32,000 bases of DNA from a cyanobacterium endosymbiont of Epithemia turgida isolate EtSB Lake Yunoko (GTDB taxonomy: Bacteria; Cyanobacteriota; Cyanobacteriia; Cyanobacteriales; Microcystaceae): the NCBI RefSeq assembly GCF_000829235.1, contig NZ_AP012549.1:1620001-1652000 (forward strand), given 5' to 3'. Made by a program: the position numbers and the translations under genes. Positions 19,340 to 28,237 of this stretch are shown here, piece after piece. Each line of letters begins with the position of its first letter. Positions within the stretch are counted from its first letter, which is position 1. The notes under the pieces were generated by a model. That model was not told the origin of the DNA and did no database searches. It worked only from the letters and a program-made list of their open reading frames with translations.

Positions 19340-20605
19340 GTGGCTAAAGTTATTTTAGAACATCTTTATAAGAGTTTCTCCCCTAGTGGCACAAAATCGA
19401 TCCCTTCAGAAACTGAGTCAAATCTTTCAAAGAGTAATCAAGCCAACGTTCTACGAGATATTAACTTAACAGTTAACGACGGCGAATTCATGGTCCTTGT
19501 TGGACCTTCAGGTTGTGGAAAAAGTACATTATTACGTCTCATTTGTGGGTTAGAAACAGCAACGGGGGGCAATATTAAAATTGGTGATTGTGTTATGAAC
19601 ACCCTTCCTCCAAAACAACGGAATATTGCCATGGTCTTCCAAAATTATGCTCTCTATCCTCATATGAATGTTTATGATAACATTGCTTTTGGTTTGCGTC
19701 GTATGAGCCGAGATGACTCAACGAAATCCATCTCATCCTTACCTAAGTGGCTAGAATCAGCTTTAGTTAGCTTAACACGGTCATTGCCTAAGTCTTGGCG
19801 TTATCTTTCTGCGACAGAACAAGTTATTAACGAAAAAGTCTCCCAAGTTGTTCAACTTTTAGAACTGGATCATCTCTTAGATCGCTTTCCTAAAGAGTTA
19901 TCAGGGGGACAAAAACAACGGGTAGCTTTAGGACGCGCGATTTCCCGTAAACCGCAAGTTTTTTTGATGGATGAACCTTTGTCGAATTTAGACACTACAT
20001 TGCGGGTAATGATGCGTTCAGAAATTGTTCAACTACAACGAAAGATGAACATTACCACTATTTATGTTACCCACGATCAAACTGAAGCAATGACCATGGG
20101 CGACCGTATTGCCGTCATAAATGGTGGAGAAATTCAACAACTAGCCCCTCCTTTAGAACTTTATAATCATCCGGCTAATCGTTTTGTGGCAGAATTTATT
20201 GGGTTATCTCCTATGAATTTTATTGAGGTTACAGTGGATACTCCTGTCACGATTACTCATCCTCAATTTTTTATAAAATTACCGCAATTTTGGGAACCTT
20301 ATCTTAAAAAATATGTGCGAACCACAGTATATTTAGGTATTAGACCAGAACATTTGACTGTTAGTTTTCCTTCACCGAATAATTTAGAAGTTAAAGTTAA
20401 TTCAATCGAAAATTTAGGCAATGAAACTTCAATTTTTTTTCACCTAGTTACTGATATAAATTCTTTAATAAAAGTTTGTATTTCTTCTGATGATTGGGCT
20501 AAATTTGATCAAAATAGACAAAGTTTTTGGTTGTCTTTAAATCCAGCTAAAATTCATCTATTTGACTATAAAACTCAAAAATCTATTCAAAACATTCTAT
20601 TCTAA
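19340..20605 (+). CDS. ABC transporter ATP-binding protein, MalK/UgpC/MsiK-like (carbohydrate-importer type)
   Basis: 421 aa with a GTG start. It carries Walker A GPSGCGKST, the Q-loop MVFQNYALYPH, the signature LSGGQKQRVALGRA, Walker B FLMDEPLSNLD and the H-loop VTHDQTEA, plus a C-terminal regulatory/OB-like domain. Extra segments follow the N-terminal strand and lie between AFGLR and the signature motif. Confidence 0.9.
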   Translation: MAKVILEHLYKSFSPSGTKSIPSETESNLSKSNQANVLRDINLTVNDGEFMVLVGPSGCGKSTLLRLICGLETATGGNIKIGDCVMNTLPPKQRNIAMVFQNYALYPHMNVYDNIAFGLRRMSRDDSTKSISSLPKWLESALVSLTRSLPKSWRYLSATEQVINEKVSQVVQLLELDHLLDRFPKELSGGQKQRVALGRAISRKPQVFLMDEPLSNLDTTLRVMMRSEIVQLQRKMNITTIYVTHDQTEAMTMGDRIAVINGGEIQQLAPPLELYNHPANRFVAEFIGLSPMNFIEVTVDTPVTITHPQFFIKLPQFWEPYLKKYVRTTVYLGIRPEHLTVSFPSPNNLEVKVNSIENLGNETSIFFHLVTDINSLIKVCISSDDWAKFDQNRQSFWLSLNPAKIHLFDYKTQKSIQNILF

Positions 20606-20644
20606 AATAGTAACAAATTCAATTCATTTAATTGCTCAGAATTT

Positions 20645-21838
20645 ATGTTTAAATTTAAACAATTCGGATTAGATATTTTGTTAGGATTATGTGGTATTAT
20701 CTTTGCTTTAAGTATAAGTGAAATTGGGTTAAGAATTGCCCGAGTTTCCTATCCCAGTTTTTATCAAGTTGATGAATATAGAGGACATGCTTTAATTCCA
20801 GGGTTTTCTGGTTGGTGGATTCAAGAAGGAAAGGCATGGGTTAAGATAAATAAAGATGGATTACGAGATAAATACTATACCAAAGATAAATCAAAAAATA
20901 CTTTTAGAATTGCTATTTTAGGAGACTCTTTTTCCGAAGCCATTCAAGTAAATTTAGAAGAAACTTTTTGGTCATTTATTGAACAGGGATTACGTAATTG
21001 TCCCAGTATTAATAATCAAGCAGTCGAGGTCATCAATTTTGGGGTGGGAGACTATGGAACCGCCCAAGAATTGATGACTTTAAAACACCAGGTTAAACAT
21101 TATTCTCCTGACATGGTAATCCTAGCTATTTTTACAGGAAACGATATTGTTAATAATTCAAAATTATTGAGTCATAATGATAGATTTAGTCCTTTTTTAA
21201 TTGAAGAAGAGGGTAAGTTTTTTATGGATTTTTCTTTAAAGGAAACAAAAACCTATCAGTGGCGTAGTAGCTTAGTAAGAAAAATTATTTTTTCTACTAT
21301 TAATAATTTTTATTTGTTACAAATGATCAATAAAGCAAGAATTACTTTTAAAAATCGCGATATATTTTGGGATAAAGAAACATTAAAAAATGATAGTTTT
21401 GATATTATTAAATATCTTGATTTTGTGCCACAACTTTACTTAGAAGATAAGGATGAAGACTGGGAAAAAGCCTGGGATATTACCGAAGAATTAGTTAGAA
21501 TGATTAAACAAGAAAGTGAAACAATAAAAGCTAAATTTTTGGCTGTAACATTAAGTAATCCAGCACAAGTTTATCCTGATAAATCACTACGAGATAAATA
21601 TTTTAAACAAGGAAGAGTGGTAGATCAATTCTCTCCTGACAAAAGAATTAAGGCGTTAGGAGAAAAAGAGAAATTTGATGTGCTTAATCTAGCCCCAGAA
21701 TTCCAGTACTATGCCGATAAAAATAATCAATTTTTACACGGATTTAAAAATACTGTCTTAGGAAGTGGACATTGGAATCAATTAGGACATAAACTTGCTG
21801 GGGAATTAATTACTAATAAAGTTTGTAAAATACTTTAG
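20645..21838 (+). CDS. membrane-anchored SGNH/GDSL-type hydrolase-like protein
   Basis: 397 aa with an N-terminal TM helix. It has block I RIAILGDSFSEA, a glycine block GVGDYGT, block III FTGNDIV and a C-terminal GSGHWNQLGH. It lies 39 nt downstream of the ABC ATPase on the same strand. Confidence 0.65.
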   Translation: MFKFKQFGLDILLGLCGIIFALSISEIGLRIARVSYPSFYQVDEYRGHALIPGFSGWWIQEGKAWVKINKDGLRDKYYTKDKSKNTFRIAILGDSFSEAIQVNLEETFWSFIEQGLRNCPSINNQAVEVINFGVGDYGTAQELMTLKHQVKHYSPDMVILAIFTGNDIVNNSKLLSHNDRFSPFLIEEEGKFFMDFSLKETKTYQWRSSLVRKIIFSTINNFYLLQMINKARITFKNRDIFWDKETLKNDSFDIIKYLDFVPQLYLEDKDEDWEKAWDITEELVRMIKQESETIKAKFLAVTLSNPAQVYPDKSLRDKYFKQGRVVDQFSPDKRIKALGEKEKFDVLNLAPEFQYYADKNNQFLHGFKNTVLGSGHWNQLGHKLAGELITNKVCKIL

Positions 21839-22157
21839 CTGTTATCTAAATTTATTCCCAAAAAACCTCGTACTATTTATATTTTTTCTAAAAAATAGTT
21901 ACATTTAAAACTTACAAGGCAAGTATTGAATATTTTTCTTAGCTTGTCTTTCAGAGTATAAGAAAGATTGATTTTGGTGAATCTTCTACCTCAATTTATT
22001 CAATGTCTATTGGTTTGTTATTAGTAAATAAAGAAGGTTTTTGTGAAAATAAACGTAATTAAAAACAAATCTATACGTTATTCATGGTTAATAAATTCTG
22101 TAATATAGAAAAGAAGCTTGTTATTTAGATGCCAATGTGTCATAGGTTTGAATATTG

Positions 22158-22189
22158 AAGAAGCTAAAAAAGTTTTTTTTTAGCTTCTT
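22158..22189. terminator. 14-bp-stem hairpin between convergent genes (candidate bidirectional or aroK terminator)
   Basis: AAGAAGCTAAAAAA (22158-22171) pairs with TTTTTTAGCTTCTT (22176-22189) across the loop GTTT. The element lies 36 nt beyond the aroK stop. The flanking U-tail is weak on both strands. Confidence 0.45.
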
Positions 22190-22224
22190 TTAAAGAAATA
22201 ACATAGTTAAACTTAAGTTGATAT

Positions 22225-22791
22225 TTAGTTTTTATTTTTATTTTTATAAACTTCGAAACTAGATATGATTTTACTTGGAATTTTTGCTAAAATTCTGGTA
22301 ATAAGCATCTCAGGAGTGTCGTTTTCATTAATGAAAATCCGTAAATCTCCTTGAGTATATAAAGAACGTCGCTGCTCGAATAAGGAGTTTAACCTACTCG
22401 TTAAATCAGTCTTTTGTAAAAGGGGACGGGTGTAGTCGTTAGCTAAACGAGCTGTTAATAATTCTACAGAAGCATCTAACCAGATAATTAAACCGTGACG
22501 AAGATGACTCCAGTTCTGAGATCTTAAAACAATACCCCCTCCCGTCGCAATCACACTTTTGGTACAGGCAGCTACCTCCATAAGTACTTGGCTTTCAATT
22601 TGTCGAAAATTTTTCTCTCCTATGGAAGTAAAAATTTTGTCAATAGGTTGTTGTGTCACTCGTTCAATTAAAACGTCAGTATCAAAAAAACGATAACCTA
22701 ACTCTTGTGCTAAAAGTTTTCCCACAGTAGTTTTCCCTGTTCCCATCATTCCGATGAGAAAAATGTTTGTGCCTCCAAGTAACTCTTGCAT
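22225..22791 (-). CDS. aroK: shikimate kinase
   Basis: 188 aa with the P-loop GMMGTGKTTVGKLLA followed by FFDTD and ATGGG. Confidence 0.9.
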   Translation of the reverse strand: MQELLGGTNIFLIGMMGTGKTTVGKLLAQELGYRFFDTDVLIERVTQQPIDKIFTSIGEKNFRQIESQVLMEVAACTKSVIATGGGIVLRSQNWSHLRHGLIIWLDASVELLTARLANDYTRPLLQKTDLTSRLNSLFEQRRSLYTQGDLRIFINENDTPEMLITRILAKIPSKIISSFEVYKNKNKN

Positions 22792-22953
22792 TTTTAATAA
22801 ATTGACAATTGAAAGTCTACTTTTGTCTAGCCTAATCTAAATTAGACGTTGTAGTAAAGTTGAAATTACAAGATTTAATCCTTACCTTTTTGTTAATTTT
22901 TTAGTCAAAATACATAATAACTCCATAAAAAATACAAAATTAATTGAGTCTTT

Positions 22954-23139
22954 CTAAGAATAGTTTCTTTTGCGTTGTTTCTGTTTTTCTATTGCTTTCC
23001 GTTTACGTTTTTCAGTTGGCGTTTCAAAATGACGGTGTTTTTTCATATCAGTAAAAATTCCAGCTTTACTGACCTGTCTTTTAAAACGACGTAGAGCTGA
23101 TTCAATCCCTTCATGCTCTCCCAAAATTATTTGGGTCAT
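22954..23139 (-). CDS. rpsU: 30S ribosomal protein S21
   Basis: 61 aa: [48 protein letters not shown]. Confidence 0.95.
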   Translation of the reverse strand: MTQIILGEHEGIESALRRFKRQVSKAGIFTDMKKHRHFETPTEKRKRKAIEKQKQRKRNYS

Positions 23140-23210
23140 TGTTATGTCCTCAGTTAACTATGTACGATTACTAGGTCGAGATGAGTCAATAATAACATTA
23201 TTGGTATATT

Positions 23211-23525
23211 TTAAGTTGAACTTATTTGACTAGGCATAATAGTACCATTAAGATAAGCATTGCTTAGATTTACATTACTTAAATCAATTGCACTAAGATT
23301 AGCGGAAGTCAAATTGGTTAAGGTGAAATTTGCTCCCGTTAAGGTTGCTTGGGTCAGATTGACATAACTTAAATTGGCCTTGGTTAAGTTAGCCCCTCTG
23401 AGATCAGCACCACTTAAATTAGCCCCACTTAAGTTTACACTTCTCAAATTAGCAGCAATTAGATTAATGTTTCTAAAATCTCTTTGTCCAGCAGCATATC
23501 GGCTCAGTATTTCTTGTGTATTCAT
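23211..23525 (-). CDS. pentapeptide-repeat protein
   Basis: 104 aa made almost entirely of A(D/N)LxX repeats (NLSGANLSGADLRGANLTKANLSYVNLTQATLTGANF...). Confidence 0.85.
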   Translation of the reverse strand: MNTQEILSRYAAGQRDFRNINLIAANLRSVNLSGANLSGADLRGANLTKANLSYVNLTQATLTGANFTLTNLTSANLSAIDLSNVNLSNAYLNGTIMPSQISST

Positions 23526-24587
23526 ACAATATCCTCGTTTATCAAGAAAATGAAATATTTTTAACTTTTAGTTCTGAATTAATGTCTATAGACTTTTAAT
23601 CGAATGATTTTGTGTCTTAAGCAGAATTTTGCTTGATTCATATTGAGACATAGATGTAGTTCTAAAGAAAGGGTCTAGAAAGTTAAATTCACTAAGAGTT
23701 CTTATCAATAACTTACGATAGTAATTCTCATAATGGCATCTTAGCATAGTCTCTAACATTTCCCTAAATTTTAGAGTTCTCTTTATTGAGAGATAAAGGA
23801 ATTCAATAAGCAAGCTTTTTTTTAAAAAAAAACTAAAATACAATCAAAATACCCTGAGTATTTTTACATAATTAACTTATTTAGTTGACAGTTTAAAGTT
23901 AAGTTAAATATCTTATATTTTTATTTTAATTTAACAATATTTATTAAGTACCGAAACAAGTTAAATAAACCTATTAAAGTAATAAGTTTTTTAAAAAAAC
24001 CATAGAAAACATGTTTAACAAGAAAACATGATAAACAGATTCATTGCAGCTTTGCTTGTTTTATTTACTCATTTAATAGGCATTTATCTCACTAATAGCA
24101 TAATTTTTTGAGTCATAATAATTAATATTCATATTAGATGAGATTATTGATAATAAACATATTTTTTTTATTTCTCAAGTAATAAGCCTGAATCTGAACT
24201 CCACAACGATCAAAAAGTAACTATAATCAATCTTACAAAGTTATAGATATAAAATATTATTGCAGCTAAAAAAAGATAAAAAATAAATATTTTACTGAAA
24301 ATTAGAGAATAATTAACAGATTATGATTATCTTGAGTTTTGGACTACTTTTATCCTCTCTTTCTTTCTTCTTACTCATTGTTTATTATACTAATAAAGTT
24401 AAAATCCCTAATTTTATTGAATTAGGAGTTTATAGTGTTGTTATAAGTTTTCTAAGGTTTTTAGCAAGTTTGTCTAACTTAGTATCATTAATGGAGTTAA
24501 GTAAAATTGGCACAACTTTTTATCTCAAAAAAAGTGTTTGATCCTATCAACTAATTAGACTGTACCCCAATCGATAAAAAATAGAAA

Positions 24588-24633
24588 CTTAAAATAACAA
24601 TATAAAAATTAATTTTTATATTGTTATTTTAAG
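24588..24633. repeat. 46-bp perfect palindrome with no spacer
   Basis: CTTAAAATAACAATATAAAAATT (24588-24610) is followed directly by its exact reverse complement AATTTTTATATTGTTATTTTAAG (24611-24633). Confidence 0.85.
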
Positions 24634-24887
24634 AGTAATTTAGTTGACTATCTTAATTTTTATATTATCTATGCTAATGATATTGATACTATTCGTAGTA
24701 AAAGTTATTTATTCACCAATTTTAAATAACTAAACCACATAGCAAATTGAATCGTAAACTACATCATAAAATATCTATTATTACTATTTTTAGCTATTAT
24801 TCTTAATAAAGAGTTTGATCTATTTTAGTAAATTTTAAATGTCTATTTCATAGAGAAGGAAATAAAAATTTTCTAAAATAAATAGCT

Positions 24888-24924
24888 AATATTCTTATAA
24901 ATTTGGTTATTGTATAAGAATATT
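24888..24924. repeat. perfect 12-bp-stem inverted repeat with a 13-nt loop
   Basis: AATATTCTTATA (24888-24899) and TATAAGAATATT (24913-24924) are exact reverse complements. Confidence 0.6.
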
Positions 24925-24962
24925 TTATAAAAATTAAATTAATCATATAGAGTGTTAAGTAA

Positions 24963-25315
24963 TTCTGGAAAGATATCCCTTTAAATTTGATAATCGTAGA
25001 TTTTACTGAACTATCTTCACTCAAACACCAATCTGATAGCTCAAATTTAATTATCTGTAACTCTCCTTATGTGCCCCATCACTATATTATATAAAACCTG
25101 ATAACAAAATATGGCTACAGAAGTTAATTTCTCCGTTTTTGTCATTTGTGGATACAGCAAGGAAAATCTCAAGATAACCAATTCACAGTAAGTTTATAGA
25201 TGTCAACTATGGTGGAGCTGTTAACAAATATTTGTTACAAAAAGTAACTCTTTTTCGAGTTCATAGATTTAAGTCTAAAGATATCGAGTTCGATGAATGT
25301 ATTTGTTTGGAGTAA
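24963..25315 (+). pseudogene. relic of an N6-adenine DNA methyltransferase (restriction-modification-type, NPPY class)
   Basis: Frame A (24963-25094) reads FWKDIPLNLIIVDFTELSSLKHQSDSSNLIICNSPYVPHHYII*. It contains a degenerate catalytic motif IV (NSPY in place of NPPY) in the usual hydrophobic-IICNPPYV context. Frame B (25106-25315) reads KIWLQKLISPFLSFVDTARKISR*PIHSKFIDVNYGGAVNKYLLQKVTLFRVHRFKSKDIEFDECICLE*. This resembles the ...WLIPSEFMDVNYG...YLL..VTLLRIHRF...D..FDD... region that I recall from this methylase family. There is one frameshift and one internal TAA (25175-25177), and the N- and C-terminal parts are missing. Confidence 0.65.
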
Positions 25316-25351
25316 AATATTTCTTTTTTTAAATAAAAGAAATATTTTACT
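25311..25351. repeat. perfect 17-bp-stem inverted repeat overlapping the stop of the methylase relic
   Basis: AGTAAAATATTTCTTTT (25311-25327) and AAAAGAAATATTTTACT (25335-25351) are exact reverse complements with the loop TTTAAAT. Confidence 0.8.
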
Positions 25352-25630
25352 TTGTAATAATAACTATTTTAACCAAATATTTTTAATCTATTGATTTATT
25401 ATTGTTGGATAGTGAACATAAATAAACTCTTCTGTTATTTCTAAATATCCATAGCAATCCTAAAAAAATGGTCTTTTATATTTATTTATATGAAAGCTTT
25501 AAATTACAATTTTCTACATTGTTTAAAATTACTACATGAGGAATTTAATATCATATACTTTGTGACAAAAATTTACCTTATATCTTACTAAGTATACGAT
25601 ATATACTCTCTTATCAAATCAAGTCAAATC

Positions 25631-25665
25631 AAGAAAAGTATTTGTTATTAACAAATACTTTTCTT
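25631..25665. repeat. 35-bp near-spacerless perfect palindrome
   Basis: AAGAAAAGTATTTGTTA (25631-25647), a single T, then TAACAAATACTTTTCTT (25649-25665). The arms are exact reverse complements. Confidence 0.8.
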
Positions 25666-25932
25666 TTTAAAAAAATAAAAAATAACTCAATTAGAGTATT
25701 TATATTGATACAAATTAAATCTAGTTTTCTCAATAAAAGTCGTTGTCTACACTACTTATTTTTGTACATATTTTGGACATAAAAATGCTAATAAACTTAT
25801 TTTTTTGATGTATTAAACCTTCATCTAGTGCTAAATACAATAATGTTTATTTACTTTTATATTTTTGTAATATTTTTGTATTGTATAAGGTTTATTTCAG
25901 ACATATAAAATATGGGAGATCCTGAAAAGAAA

Positions 25933-25971
25933 GCAAACATACTTTTATTCAAAACATAAAAGTATGTTTGC
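25933..25971. repeat. perfect 16-bp-stem inverted repeat (terminator-like when read on the minus strand)
   Basis: GCAAACATACTTTTAT (25933-25948) and ATAAAAGTATGTTTGC (25956-25971) are exact reverse complements with the loop TCAAAAC. On the minus strand the hairpin is followed by TTTCTTTTCAGG. Confidence 0.8.
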
Positions 25972-26332
25972 AGAAGAGAATTACATGAGTTTAAATCTTA
26001 TGAATTAGCAAGTACAAATACTATTTTGATAATTAATTATATACTTTTGTAGTTTAAACCAACTAAGGTAATTGAGTGCAGTCTATTTAAATAATATAAC
26101 AGCAAATGCCTAGCCCTTTATTCAGTTTTAATCTATTAAAAGTTTTTGAAGTTATCTGTTATCTATCTGTTTCAGAATAACTTCAGGATTATGCTCATTG
26201 TCGATATCATTTTAAATAATAAAAACTATAACGAAATTGTCATATTTAGTGTCAGCTACTAGAAAAAACAGCTACAATGTACAGATATTCTTGTACTATA
26301 AATTTTTGTTCTAAAAACTTTTTGAGGCGTTA

Positions 26333-27376
26333 ATGGCTACTATAATTAATAATCCTGACAAAGAAAAAGCCCTAGACTTAGTTCTTAATCAAATTGAACG
26401 AACTTGCGGTAAAGGCTCCATCATGCGCCTAGGGGATGCAGCGCAGATGCGGGTAGAAACCATCCCCAGTGGATCATTAACGTTAGATTTAGCCCTAGGA
26501 GGAGGATTCCCTCAAGGACGAGTAATTGAGATTTATGGACCTGAAAGTTCTGGAAAAACTACTCTCGCTCTCCATGCGATTGCCGAAGTCCAAAAAGCCG
26601 GAGGGGTAGCGGCTTTTGTCGATGCAGAACATGCCCTTGATCCCGCCTATTCCCATGCGTTAGGAGTAGATATTAAAAATTTACTTGTTGCTCAACCTGA
26701 TACCGGAGAGTCAGCTTTAGAAATTGTTGATCAATTGGTTAGATCCGCTGCCGTTGATATAGTCGTGATAGATTCTGTAGCCGCCTTAGTTCCTCGTGCT
26801 GAAATTGAAGGAGAAATGGGGGACACTCAGGTGGGGTTACAAGCTCGCCTTATGAGTAAAGCTCTACGAAAAGTTGCTGGAAATATCGGAAAAACAGGTT
26901 GTGTCGTCATTTTTCTGAACCAACTACGTCAAAAGATAGGAATTACCTATGGTAGTCCTGAAGTTACTACAGGAGGAAACGCTCTTAAATTTTATGCCTC
27001 AATCCGTTTAGATATTCGCCGTATTCAAACTCTTAAAAAAGGTAGTGAAGGAGAGTACGGAATTCGAGTCAAAGTTAAAGTTGCTAAAAATAAAGTCGCC
27101 CCCCCTTTTCGTATCGCTGAATTTGATATTATCTTTGGTAAGGGAATTTCTCGCATGGGCTGTACGCTAGATTTAGCTGAACAAACCGAGGTCATCAGTC
27201 GTAAAGGAGCATGGTACAGCTACAATGGAGATAACATCTCCCAGGGACGAGAGAATGCGGTTAAATACCTTGAAGAGAATCTAAAAGTTGCGGAAGCTAT
27301 CGAGCAGCTAATTCGAGAAAGACTCGAGTTAGGTTCTCTGAGTTTTGCTGTCTCCAAAACTGATGAAGAAGAATAA
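26333..27376 (+). CDS. recA: recombinase RecA
   Basis: 347 aa with Walker [10 protein letters not shown]. It also contains [32 protein letters not shown] and NQLRQKIG. Confidence 0.97.
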   Translation: MATIINNPDKEKALDLVLNQIERTCGKGSIMRLGDAAQMRVETIPSGSLTLDLALGGGFPQGRVIEIYGPESSGKTTLALHAIAEVQKAGGVAAFVDAEHALDPAYSHALGVDIKNLLVAQPDTGESALEIVDQLVRSAAVDIVVIDSVAALVPRAEIEGEMGDTQVGLQARLMSKALRKVAGNIGKTGCVVIFLNQLRQKIGITYGSPEVTTGGNALKFYASIRLDIRRIQTLKKGSEGEYGIRVKVKVAKNKVAPPFRIAEFDIIFGKGISRMGCTLDLAEQTEVISRKGAWYSYNGDNISQGRENAVKYLEENLKVAEAIEQLIRERLELGSLSFAVSKTDEEE

Positions 27377-27422
27377 AAAAACTAATATTAAATAATATTA
27401 AAGATAGGGTAGGTTAAGCTCC

Positions 27423-27443
27423 TGCTCACCTTTCTGGTCAGCA
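27423..27443 (+). terminator. weak candidate recA terminator hairpin
   Basis: TGCTCACC (27423-27430) pairs with GGTCAGCA (27436-27443), giving 7 of 8 pairs across a TTTCT loop. There is no good U-run downstream. Confidence 0.25.
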
Positions 27444-27469
27444 ACCTTGTCATTCAGAAATGATATTAG

Positions 27470-28177
27470 ATGAAGTTATTATTCACGTTATTAATTATAG
27501 TTTCAACTGTTGTTTTTCTCATTCAAAATCAGCAGGCTGTAACTCTTTATTTTATAGGTATAAATGCCAAAACTGCCTTGCTTACTCTAACATTACCTGT
27601 AGGAATTTGGGTGATTTTGTTTATTATTTTTGGAATTTTAACCAGTTTAATAATACAATTTTTAAATCAATTTTCTAAATCATTTTCTCTTAGAAACTTT
27701 AACTTTCCTCCTCAATCCTCTCAATTCTCAGAGTCTTCCCCTTCTTCAAAAAAAGCCGGTTGGGGAAACCAGTCTCAAAGGAATTGGGGAAAAATAGAAC
27801 AAGACTTTGAGGAAGAAGATGGTTGGGATATTGAAAACCCCCCGACAAAACCCACATTTACTCGTGAAAAATTAGAACGAAAACTACAAGAAGAGGAAGA
27901 GCAATCGACAGTTTTTGAGGTTCGACAGCCCCCTAGAAAAGCTTTTCATAAAGGTTCAATTTATTCCTACATATATCGTGAATCCCACGACCCTAAAGAC
28001 AGCCCACTCTTTCAAGAATCGGTCAAATCTCCCCCGAAAAAACAGGATACTCTTGAGTTAAGAAATAAAACAGTAGACCAAGTTTATGATGCTAGTTACC
28101 GCGTTTTGACTCCTCCTTATCGTAATGATCAAGAGTCTTCTAATTTTGATCAAGAAGAAGATCAAGATTGGATATAA
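27470..28177 (+). CDS. LapA-domain (DUF1049-like) membrane protein with a long acidic low-complexity tail
   Basis: 235 aa. The N-terminal two-TM module MKLLFTLLIIVSTVVFLIQNQQAVTLYFIG...LPVGIWVILFIIFGILTSLII is typical of LapA-family domains. The remainder is rich in E/D/Q/S/P. Confidence 0.65.
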   Translation: MKLLFTLLIIVSTVVFLIQNQQAVTLYFIGINAKTALLTLTLPVGIWVILFIIFGILTSLIIQFLNQFSKSFSLRNFNFPPQSSQFSESSPSSKKAGWGNQSQRNWGKIEQDFEEEDGWDIENPPTKPTFTREKLERKLQEEEEQSTVFEVRQPPRKAFHKGSIYSYIYRESHDPKDSPLFQESVKSPPKKQDTLELRNKTVDQVYDASYRVLTPPYRNDQESSNFDQEEDQDWI

Positions 28178-28237
28178 GGAACTTTAAAAGTTAAAATATA
28201 AGTCTACGTTGCATCTTCAATATTATTAACTGAACTG

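Noticed and set aside
19438-19632. 64-aa minus-strand ORF
   Set aside because: It is antisense to the Walker A region of the ABC ATPase.
23586-23843. 85-aa minus-strand ORF upstream of the pentapeptide gene
   Set aside because: I found no family-level motif. The composition is typical of the AT-rich spacer. It could be a relic, but I cannot support a call.
25143-25151. TGTGGATAC and scattered TCCACA-containing words (for example 10758, 18589, 24200) as DnaA boxes or an oriC in an AT-rich region
   Set aside because: These are single, mismatched and unclustered sites. The 25143 site lies inside the methylase relic.
26278-26296. TGTAC-N9-TGTAC and a GTAC..ATTC pattern upstream of recA as a possible LexA box
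   Set aside because: It does not fit the cyanobacterial RGTAC-N3-DGTWCB pattern without mismatches at conserved positions. It is a direct repeat rather than an inverted one. I could not find a well-spaced -35/-10 pair either.
27460-27678. 72-aa + strand ORF
   Set aside because: It is an alternative frame overlapping the LapA-domain gene. The 27470 frame gives a coherent membrane domain and a full-length protein.
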